From NCBI GenBank assembly GCA_049424145.1, contig JBMSSC010000071.1, forward strand, positions 1-14,285: DNA of 14,285 nucleotides, given 5' to 3'. Position numbers and translations under genes: made by a program. Of the stretch, positions 8,701 through 14,285 are shown one piece after another (position 1 is the stretch's first letter; each line of letters opens with the position of its first letter). Source of the DNA: Bdellovibrionia bacterium (GTDB taxonomy: Bacteria > Bdellovibrionota > UBA1018). Under the pieces are notes generated by a model that saw only the letters and a program-made list of their open reading frames with translations, was not told the origin of the DNA and did no database searches.

Positions 8701-10966
8701 ACTGCATGGCTGAAATTAACGCTTGCGGGGAGGTCTCTTCAATTCCAAAGCTTCGCCCTGAGCTGCTTTGACCGAGGCCTCGGATCAATCCCCAAATGGG
8801 ATCTCCTGCTTGTAAGGCTGAGGAGAGTTTTTTTAAGACAAACAGTCCGCATCCTTCAGAGGGAAGAATCCCTGAGCCTGAAAATGGAGAGTTCGGAGCG
8901 CCGCCCAATCGCTCCTCTAAAAAGAGGAGAAACCAATCTAACGGGTCAATGAGGGTGTGGGCTCCTCCGGTGATGACGGCCTCAGCCCCGTCCGTGCGAA
9001 GTAGCGTGATGGCGTGATCCAAGGCCGCCAATGTGGAGGAGTGTCCGGAGTTCACCACGTAGCTTGGCCCGTGAAAATCAAAGTGACTCATCACGCGACC
9101 GACAGCGACATTGAGGAGCCCTCCTGCAAGCGAGTCCTCCGTGCAGGCGATGGAGGGAGGGGCCATCAGTTGATCGAGGTGAGAAAGCTCCTCGGGGGAG
9201 AATCTTGGGAGACCCAAAGAGGATTGGGATTTGAGCAGGGATCCAATGAGTCGGAAGCCCAGTTGCTGATTTTGCAGATCGTCGACTTGCAAAAACGATT
9301 GACTGCAGCCTAAGACGAAGGCGGTTTTTAGCGGGGGGAGGCCCGAGGGAGGGATATCACTGAGGGCCTGATGAGCAGTGAGCAAAACGAGTTTTTGAAT
9401 TCGATCCATGGCCTGAACGGTCAGAGGAGGAATCTTAAAGATTTCAGGATCCAAGTTGAGGGGATCGAGAAATCCTCCCCACTTCATGGGGCGCGCGGGG
9501 GTGGGACCGATCTTGGATTTTTCGAATCCCATGCGATCGAAGAACGCCTGCTCCCAATCTTTCCAGGCGTGAGGCGAGAGGGTGCGACGGGCGGAACGGA
9601 GGTTCTGCTCAAAGGCCCTTAGGTTTAAAGCTTGTGGAAACCTGCCTCCGAGTCCAACAATCGCAATGGGCTCGTTCTTGGGCTCTGGGGCTGACCTCGG
9701 GGCGCGTGACCCGTTTGAACTGACTTTGGAGGCGGCAAGGGGGGGAGGCAGGGGAGGGGCAAACGGGCAAGAGCCCAGCGGGGGGCGGGGTTCTTTCAAT
9801 CTCCCCCATTGCGTTCGAATACAAAAATCCACCAAAACGGGGAGTGAATCCCGGATATTCGGAACCTCTAGTCCTGAGTCTTTTAAAGCCTCCCTGAGTT
9901 GTGAGTTGTCGTAGACGTAGGGATCAAACGCATAAGGAAGCAGTCGCATGAAGACCTGCCAGGATTCCCGCAAAATCGGATCCGCTTGAGCTAGGCTTGC
10001 TTTGAATTCCTCGGGCTTCACATCGGGAATCTCTTGCCACTCGGGTTGAGGTGGGACTTGAAGTCGAGATCTTTGGGCGTGGGCTTGAAAAACTTGAGCG
10101 CAGCGGCTGAGCCCCTCTTGAAGCCGGGTGGCTTGGTGGCCTGAGGTGAGGTGGTAGATCTGAAATCCCGGGTGCACGGGGCGTGTCCGCAAAACGAACA
10201 GGGCGTTAGTCACCCAATCCACGGTGACTGCATCAATTCGACTGCCTTGCGGTAAAACAATGGGATTGATCTTGCCCACAACCTCATAGAGGAAGAAGCG
10301 GACTCCGAGATAAAAGCTATCGAGTTTGGGCGTCCATCCGGTTTTTGAGTCTCCTCCGACCATCGATGCGCGATAAATGACGACGGGGATGAAGTGGCTT
10401 TGTTCGATGAGAACCGCTTCAGCTTCTACTTTGGTTTGTTCATAGGTGTTTTTAAACTCACGTGGAAATGTTGGAGGCAGTTCTTGAGCCTGTCCAGAAG
10501 GATCGATGGGTGCGACTGTGAATGTGCTTAAGTAGTGAAAACCGAGGAAAGATCCACTCTGCTGAGCGGCTTTTGCAAGTTCACAGAGGTTTTTAGTCGA
10601 GAGCACTTGGGAAATTCGTGCTTGATCGAGGGGTTGATCGAATCGAACGTCGGCAGCCAAATGGTAGATTGCTGAGACCTTGCGAGCTAAAGTCTCATAA
10701 TCGGCCTCTGATAGACCTAAATGGGGGTCTTTGAGGTCGCAGGCAAGAAAGCTCAGTCGATTCAGCACGGGTTTGGGATCGGAAAGCTCACGAAAGAGTT
10801 CTTGAGCGAGGGTATCAAATTTCTGGGCAGCAGTTTGGCTTTGACCCTGAGTCCCATCGCGAATGAGAAGAATCACTTGGCAATGGGGATCCCAAAGGAG
10901 GAGTCTTCTTAAGAATTCGCTTCCAATAAATCCTGTGGCTCCAGTGATGAGAACGCAATGCTGCAT
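5762..10966 (-). CDS. Iterative PKS/FAS subunit A: thioester reductase - inactive KS - KS - AT
   Basis: N-terminal extended SDR (ITGATGFIG, HLAADVRF, YLST, YEQTK, YRASMVGGDSKTG) and a Pro-rich linker. KS1 lacks the catalytic triad. KS2 has DAAC(1133), HATGT(1267), KSQVGH(1305) and AFGFGGTN. AT has FPGHGS, GHSVG(S1503) and AWHS. AGGA RBS 7 nt before the ATG. Confidence 0.93.
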   Translation of the reverse strand: MQHCVLITGATGFIGSEFLRRLLLWDPHCQVILLIRDGTQGQSQTAAQKFDTLAQELFRELSDPKPVLNRLSFLACDLKDPHLGLSEADYETLARKVSAIYHLAADVRFDQPLDQARISQVLSTKNLCELAKAAQQSGSFLGFHYLSTFTVAPIDPSGQAQELPPTFPREFKNTYEQTKVEAEAVLIEQSHFIPVVIYRASMVGGDSKTGWTPKLDSFYLGVRFFLYEVVGKINPIVLPQGSRIDAVTVDWVTNALFVLRTRPVHPGFQIYHLTSGHQATRLQEGLSRCAQVFQAHAQRSRLQVPPQPEWQEIPDVKPEEFKASLAQADPILRESWQVFMRLLPYAFDPYVYDNSQLREALKDSGLEVPNIRDSLPVLVDFCIRTQWGRLKEPRPPLGSCPFAPPLPPPLAASKVSSNGSRAPRSAPEPKNEPIAIVGLGGRFPQALNLRAFEQNLRSARRTLSPHAWKDWEQAFFDRMGFEKSKIGPTPARPMKWGGFLDPLNLDPEIFKIPPLTVQAMDRIQKLVLLTAHQALSDIPPSGLPPLKTAFVLGCSQSFLQVDDLQNQQLGFRLIGSLLKSQSSLGLPRFSPEELSHLDQLMAPPSIACTEDSLAGGLLNVAVGRVMSHFDFHGPSYVVNSGHSSTLAALDHAITLLRTDGAEAVITGGAHTLIDPLDWFLLFLEERLGGAPNSPFSGSGILPSEGCGLFVLKKLSSALQAGDPIWGLIRGLGQSSSGRSFGIEETSPQALISAMQSALHQAQSDPQQIHHLETQGSGVPWEDQAERQALESVYGKHPDLQLGHLASQHGFMAGAHAAASLAKVLLAFNQDVWFPELPPASPLPFSWVTDHPRSHGESPDKPIQAALSSFGGWGSAYHLIIEKWNPKNFVLKNRWSSLEQRPKQKPTPIAVIGYGANLPGSSNPENFWENLVSQKSFIAPLSDSFYAEHKELFVHSQKHPNAPTNLALSRADQAALTWTPTLPELGLGIPPSVLSILDPIQRQFLDSTLQSLKHWGLGTSKNPFGLPPGSSPELSTLPIDEILIGESKSCNQAGWMLSLQILLFRLEFYLPQVKVISITEKEALFQSLISQLGLKSLFPSEESLASLQFHSVVARVAKTLDLQKGSFSTLDAACASSLAAIGAAMHSLQMRKHRVILAGGAGVSLTPGTQILFSQCHALSPDGSRPFDTQANGILLGEATATLILKRLDDALLDGDPVHAVLLGIGASSDGRGHSMMAPDVFGQTLAMRRALESAQGSADQIQYVECHATGTPVGDSIELSALSEVYGPRSSPPLLIGSVKSQVGHTLGAAGAVALLKVILGLKKKQIPPMRVENAVHPALQLEARGLEVAQNLIPWAPGHQGSNRQAAVHAFGFGGTNWSLIVGEKPIQPHFSPSRRKTHRRKPRIAFLFPGHGSPYPDMGRAFYERFPVFRRTIQEANSVLEPLLGQTVEKLVFTSWSSRESVQKNLLETHMVQPVLLTFNLAYYRLLRELGVSGDVYLGHSVGEFAACVAGGMMPFEEALVATYQRGWIFKSHQNQGRDTGRMMAVFCSAPQTQAILQGSQPLSAQTTLAVKNCSTQTVIAAPTELITPLRLLFSQHKIDSEPLGIHVAWHSPLAKALGEDQARMAFDQLPITSPRVSVMSNLTQLDYRQSSSLSSEVRQNLVNQIGSPMNWTQCIESLFHQGVRIWVEVGPKSILTRFTEKILESKPHHSFVSDSGMDSLRTLSTRIDRAT
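5800..6751 (-). other. Domain: acyltransferase, probably malonyl-CoA:ACP
   Basis: IAFLFPGHGS, GHSVGE, conserved Arg in YQRG, VAWHS (AFHS-like) and WVEVGP. Boundaries approximate. Confidence 0.88.
6812..8251 (-). other. Domain: active ketosynthase
   Basis: Intact Cys-His-His triad in DAACASS, ECHATGTPVGD and GSVKSQVGH. Boundaries approximate. Confidence 0.9.
8321..9673 (-). other. Domain: degenerate ketosynthase (KS0 / chain-length-factor-like)
   Basis: Begins EPIAIVGLGGRFP and retains MDRIQ, EGCG and SFGGWG. The active-site motifs read NSGHSS, ETQGSG and ASQHGF. Boundaries approximate. Confidence 0.85.
9790..10966 (-). other. Domain: N-terminal thioester/fatty-acyl reductase (NAD_binding_4 / FAR-like extended SDR)
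   Basis: TGATGFIG Rossmann motif, DL..P.LGLS...Y..L, ST catalytic pair, Y175-EQT-K179 (10430-10444). Boundaries approximate. Confidence 0.85.
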
Positions 10967-11054
10967 GGCTGAGTCCTGCTTGGTTGCTCACCATCGCACA
11001 AAATGCGGGAGCTCGCAATTTGACTTCACTTGAAAAAAACGAGAGTCTGAACTC
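10967..11054. promoter_or_regulatory. 88-bp divergent promoter region between the PKS operon and the lgt-like gene
   Basis: Head-to-head starts at 10966 (-) and 11055 (+). No clean sigma70 -35/-10 pair was identified. Confidence 0.5.
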
Positions 11055-11885
11055 ATGCGTGCAATTCTTTTTGTGATCGCGGGTCGCCCTGTGATTAGTT
11101 GGGCATTCTTTGCTGTTGTGGGGATGTGGGCCGCCTTTTTTAAGATTCAAGCAGAGCTCAGACGAAAAGGAATCTCTGACCTTCGTTTGATGGCCCTATT
11201 TTTAAGTGGCACCGTGGCGTGGTTTTTGGGCGCACGCCTGGCGCAGGGGCTGACCGTCGATCCGTCGTTTTCAATCAACCAGTTTTCTCTCTGGTGGAGA
11301 GCATCCACAGGCTATGTTTTGTATGGTGGGGTATTGGGTGTCTTCCTGGTGGGGTGGGTGTTTTGGTGGTTTTTGGGCTTAAAACGGGCATTATCTTTAA
11401 GTGAGTTTTGGGACTTTGGAGCCGCAGCCTTAGGGTGGGCTCTATTTTGGGGGCGGATTGGGTGTGGATTTTACGGGTGCTGCTATGGAACACCGGCAGG
11501 GCCTTGGCCTGGTTATGAGCTGCGTCCTGAGTATTGGGATTTTCAGAACCGTGAGTTTCCCTGGACTCTTCAAGGAGTGAGGCTTCATCCCACTCCTTTT
11601 TACGAAGCGCTGGGGATTTTTCTTTGTCTCGTGATCATCAGTCGTCTTCAACGCTGGGGAAGGGGGCAAGTCCGGCTCGTGCCGCCCGGGGTTTCTGGAT
11701 GGCTGTTTTGGTTTTTGTATGGCGTGCTTCGATTTTTTTTGGAATGGATTCGATTAGATCTCAGGGGCATTGGATTTGCTGGGCTTTCACCCAGTCAATG
11801 GGTTTCGATCGGGCTCATGGGGATTGCGCCGGGTTTGATGGTTTTTGAGTGGTATCGAAATCAGGTTTCCACAGAGGGCCGTTGA
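11055..11885 (+). CDS. lgt: Prolipoprotein diacylglyceryl transferase (Lgt)-family membrane protein
   Basis: Multiple hydrophobic helices. Motifs GARL, LYGG, WD..A......WGRIGCGFYGCCYG, HPTPFYE, YGVLRFFLEWIR.D and LSPSQWVS. Possibly a divergent paralogue. Confidence 0.85.
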   Translation: MRAILFVIAGRPVISWAFFAVVGMWAAFFKIQAELRRKGISDLRLMALFLSGTVAWFLGARLAQGLTVDPSFSINQFSLWWRASTGYVLYGGVLGVFLVGWVFWWFLGLKRALSLSEFWDFGAAALGWALFWGRIGCGFYGCCYGTPAGPWPGYELRPEYWDFQNREFPWTLQGVRLHPTPFYEALGIFLCLVIISRLQRWGRGQVRLVPPGVSGWLFWFLYGVLRFFLEWIRLDLRGIGFAGLSPSQWVSIGLMGIAPGLMVFEWYRNQVSTEGR

Positions 11886-12738
11886 GCCTTGGCGCTGATG
11901 CCTGGGGTTTTGCCTCCTTCCGCACGATTAGGCGATAGGTGAGTCGGTGGGAGAAGATCTCGTGGAGGAGTGAGTCAAGAAGCAGTCCTGCCAACACGTC
12001 AAACAGGGAGTGTTGCTTGAGGGTGAGCGTGGAGAAGCAAATGAGCACGCACCAGAGAATCATCAGGGGAAAGTAGGGTTTTTGATCCTCCCTAAAGCCT
12101 AAGGCGATTTGAAAAGCGAGGCTCACATGAAGGCTGGGCAGACAGTTCATGGGTCGATCCAGTTGCCAGAGTCCATTGACCATTTTTTTAGTCCACAGGG
12201 ATCCAAGTGTGAAAAGGCTCCAAGGATTTTGGGGATCAGGTGAGATCTGAGAGAGAAACTCCTCTCGCGGATAAGTCGTGGGATAAACCCAAAAAATGAA
12301 GCAACTGCAGATCACTAAGGTTGCGAAAGAGTAAAGATGGATGTGCAGACTCACTAAGCAGCGATTCAGAGCAAATGCCGTGAGCACGAGCAGGAGCTCG
12401 CTGTCATAAATCCAAACCGACTCTGGGATGAAAGGAATTCTTTGATCCAGCTTGCCCAGAAAAACGGGATGAGGCGTTTTTTCAATGCCATGATTTGTGG
12501 CAAGATATGCGCTCAAGCCAAGAGCTAGTAATGTGGGTCCTGCGATCCATTTGTACTGCCAAGGGATCCAAAGAGGCAGCAGTCCGTCCTCGTGAATTCG
12601 ATCCCAGAGAAAAATGGGAGGAGATTTACCGTTTTCTTGGCGTGGTGAGATCGGATTTTTTTTCGTTTTGTTTTTTGTCTTGGATGACCGGTGGAGTCTT
12701 TTTTGATCCAGGAAACTCAAGGACCTCAGTAGTGCCAT
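11815..12738 (-). CDS. PAP2-superfamily membrane enzyme, Aur1/inositol-phosphorylceramide-synthase-like
   Basis: LDQRIPF...WIY, YPTTYPR, D.PMNCLPSLH (C2) and STLTLKQHSLFDVLAG (C3 His/Asp), with several TM segments. GGAGG RBS 9 nt before the ATG at 12738. Confidence 0.82.
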   Translation of the reverse strand: MALLRSLSFLDQKRLHRSSKTKNKTKKNPISPRQENGKSPPIFLWDRIHEDGLLPLWIPWQYKWIAGPTLLALGLSAYLATNHGIEKTPHPVFLGKLDQRIPFIPESVWIYDSELLLVLTAFALNRCLVSLHIHLYSFATLVICSCFIFWVYPTTYPREEFLSQISPDPQNPWSLFTLGSLWTKKMVNGLWQLDRPMNCLPSLHVSLAFQIALGFREDQKPYFPLMILWCVLICFSTLTLKQHSLFDVLAGLLLDSLLHEIFSHRLTYRLIVRKEAKPQASAPRLNGPLWKPDFDTTQKPSNPAQSP

Positions 12739-13339
12739 TGCCTTTGACCTCCGTCTCAGGCGAAGTTGTAGAGGGGGAGGGATCAGGGATCAAGCGATTT
12801 TTTTTTGGCTTTTCAAATTCGATTTCTTTAGGAATTTGACTTCCATCTAAGATGGTTTCAGCTCGAGGAGACTGAGGAAGTCGGGGGGGTGATTTTTTTG
12901 TCTGAGTCTCGGTGTCTTGTGGATCGGGCTGATTCAAAGAATCAGCACTTGAACCTTTTGAGCCGGCTTCAGGCTGGCTCCCCATCAAACCCAAAAGCGA
13001 TTTGGGGATAAATTCTCGAGAGAGGCTTTTAAAAATGGTTGATGCGATATCGCTTTGAGCTTGGCGATAAAATTGGGTGTATTTTTCATTCATCGAGCTG
13101 GCGTAGTTGAGAATTGCAGGTTCCAATAGCGTCTTTTTGAGTTGATTGATCTTTTCAGGCGTTCTCGAATCCCCAAGCTTGTTGAGTTCCGAGTAGTACT
13201 GATGGAAGGCTTGGTCTCTTGCTTTTAGGGCCTCAGTTGCCGATCGGGCGTGGGCAATTTCTAGGTCAAACAAGACACAGAGGATGCCTGAGCTGACTAA
13301 GGCGAAGACTTTGAGTAAGAAACGAAGGTAAAAAGACAT
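12626..13339 (-). CDS. Hypothetical exported protein with helical N-domain and low-complexity P/S/K/T-rich tail
   Basis: 237-aa ORF with an N-terminal hydrophobic stretch ending AHA, an amphipathic helical segment and a disordered-looking C-terminal half. It starts at an AT-rich intergenic region. Confidence 0.7.
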   Translation of the reverse strand: MSFYLRFLLKVFALVSSGILCVLFDLEIAHARSATEALKARDQAFHQYYSELNKLGDSRTPEKINQLKKTLLEPAILNYASSMNEKYTQFYRQAQSDIASTIFKSLSREFIPKSLLGLMGSQPEAGSKGSSADSLNQPDPQDTETQTKKSPPRLPQSPRAETILDGSQIPKEIEFEKPKKNRLIPDPSPSTTSPETEVKGNGTTEVLEFPGSKKTPPVIQDKKQNEKKSDLTTPRKR

Positions 13340-13417
13340 AAGTATTCGGTTTATTCTGTTTCGCTAGATTCTTCTTTTTATTATTTTAATATAGTGTATT
13401 ATAAATGTATAGTTTAT
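13340..13417. promoter_or_regulatory. Very AT-rich divergent promoter region
   Basis: 78-bp AT-rich gap between head-to-head ORFs, with several TATAAT-like hexamers on both strands. Confidence 0.5.
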
Positions 13418-14285
13418 ATGTTGAAATTACTTTTTTTATTCCTTTTGATAGGCTCTGAGAAAGTGGTCTTAGCTCAAGCTCCGGTTGGATCAGCCGGAGG
13501 AAGTTCTTTAGGAAGTCCTACGCAGTCTGAGTCGATTGTTCCGGGTTCGTTTGTTCAGGCACCCTGCCTGGACTTAGATGAGAAGCAAGCTTTGTCGCCT
13601 CCTTTGTCCGCTCTTTTTATTCCCAAATGTTCGGAGTTTTTGAACAATCAGACCAAGGATGGATTTTTGAGTCGCTATAGTCAGTTCTTTCGCGAGCGAA
13701 TCCAATGTTTTTATGAGGGGACGATTATTGAACTCTCTAAAGATGTGACTCTGATTTCGGGCCCTCAGAGCTGCTCACTGGGGAAGCCAATCTACCCTCC
13801 TCCTCTACCTAAGGCTGTGGTTTGTTCCATTGCTGATGGAGAGGGAGATCGTTTAGGGTCTTCATCGGGAGCAACCACCCCGAACTCCTTAAAGGAATCC
13901 TGTGGTGTTCTTGCTGACAGCTCGGGCCAGTGGGAGCGAGCACAGGAATTGGGTCTTGAGGTTCAAGCAACGAAGTTTTATAGAAACCAGCTCATCCAAG
14001 AGCTGCTGACTCGTAAGAGTTTTCAGCTCACCTCAGCCATGTGTCAATCCCAAGCCGACGATTACAGTCGTCTGTGGTTAGAAACCAAGGATCTGGTTCA
14101 AAAGAGCTTATTGAAGTTCTCCTCTGATCAGTTTGAAGCCTTTCGACAGTCGAAGTCCAATCTGTGTGCTGTGGAGTCGATTCAGCTGAAAAATGGAGCG
14201 GTTGCACCTCCGAGTCAAGCCTCTTGTTACTTAAAAAGTCTGATGGATCGGCTGGCTTTGGTTTTTTTCTACCTAGTTGAGTGTG
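13418..14285 (+). CDS. Secreted Cys-rich hypothetical protein (partial, runs off window)
   Basis: Manual translation from the ATG at 13418 gives MLKLLFLFLLIGSEKVVLA|QAPVGSAGG..., open for 289 codons to the window end, with 10 Cys. Absent from the ORF track because there is no stop in the window. Confidence 0.8.
   Translation, partial: MLKLLFLFLLIGSEKVVLAQAPVGSAGGSSLGSPTQSESIVPGSFVQAPCLDLDEKQALSPPLSALFIPKCSEFLNNQTKDGFLSRYSQFFRERIQCFYEGTIIELSKDVTLISGPQSCSLGKPIYPPPLPKAVVCSIADGEGDRLGSSSGATTPNSLKESCGVLADSSGQWERAQELGLEVQATKFYRNQLIQELLTRKSFQLTSAMCQSQADDYSRLWLETKDLVQKSLLKFSSDQFEAFRQSKSNLCAVESIQLKNGAVAPPSQASCYLKSLMDRLALVFFYLVEC

Noticed and set aside
9735..9790. G-rich runs on the + strand (possible repeat or G-quadruplex)
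   Set aside because: They are fully explained by the Pro codons of the R-KS linker on the minus strand.
2551..10966. Calling the locus a PUFA synthase (pfaA-E) or hgl cluster
   Set aside because: There are no FabA-type DH/isomerase domains, no PfaD-type flavin ER and no long tandem ACP array, and the domain order differs. Gene symbols were therefore withheld.
11004..11021. Short imperfect inverted repeat (TGCGGGAGCTCGCA) in the PKS/lgt divergent gap
   Set aside because: It is too short and imperfect to distinguish from chance.
1092..12839. Numerous 60-160 aa ORFs nested in or antisense to the main genes (e.g. 1092-1406, 6690-7172, 7932-8321, 10815-11150, 12495-12839)
   Set aside because: They show no recognisable motifs and overlap well-supported genes, as expected for shadow ORFs.
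13270..13339. Possible lipobox in the 237-aa protein (SGILC) as a local substrate for the Lgt-like enzyme
   Set aside because: G-I-L-C does not fit [LVI][ASTVI][GAS]C, and an AHA signal peptidase I site follows. No lipobox was seen in the other secreted ORFs either.
1..14285. CRISPR arrays, tRNA/rRNA, transposases or integrases
   Set aside because: No periodic repeats, RNA-gene signatures or mobile-element motifs were seen, and nearly all the sequence is accounted for by CDSs.

Overview
Bacterial DNA dominated by a compact, translationally coupled four-gene minus-strand operon (10966->817). It encodes an atypical iterative type I PKS/FAS of the Pfa/Hgl-like secondary lipid synthase class. 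Gene 1 is an N-terminal thioester/fatty-acyl reductase, a catalytically dead KS, an active KS and an AT. Gene 2 is two non-canonical ACPs (one with Thr at the phosphopantetheine site), a KR and a DH. Gene 3 is a FabI/InhA-like enoyl reductase with a ~40-aa substrate-loop insertion. Gene 4 is an Sfp-type PPTase. An Lgt-like membrane protein with altered catalytic motifs is divergently transcribed from the operon. It converges on, and overlaps, a PAP2/Aur1(IPC synthase)-like membrane enzyme. The flanks encode signal-peptide-bearing hypothetical proteins, including a Cys-rich ORF running off the right end that is missing from the ORF track. Best inference: an apparently uncharacterised pathway that makes a reductively released long-chain alcohol/aldehyde, possibly incorporated into an unusual membrane lipid. 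All domain calls come from motif recognition by eye; no database searches were run, so novelty is unverified.
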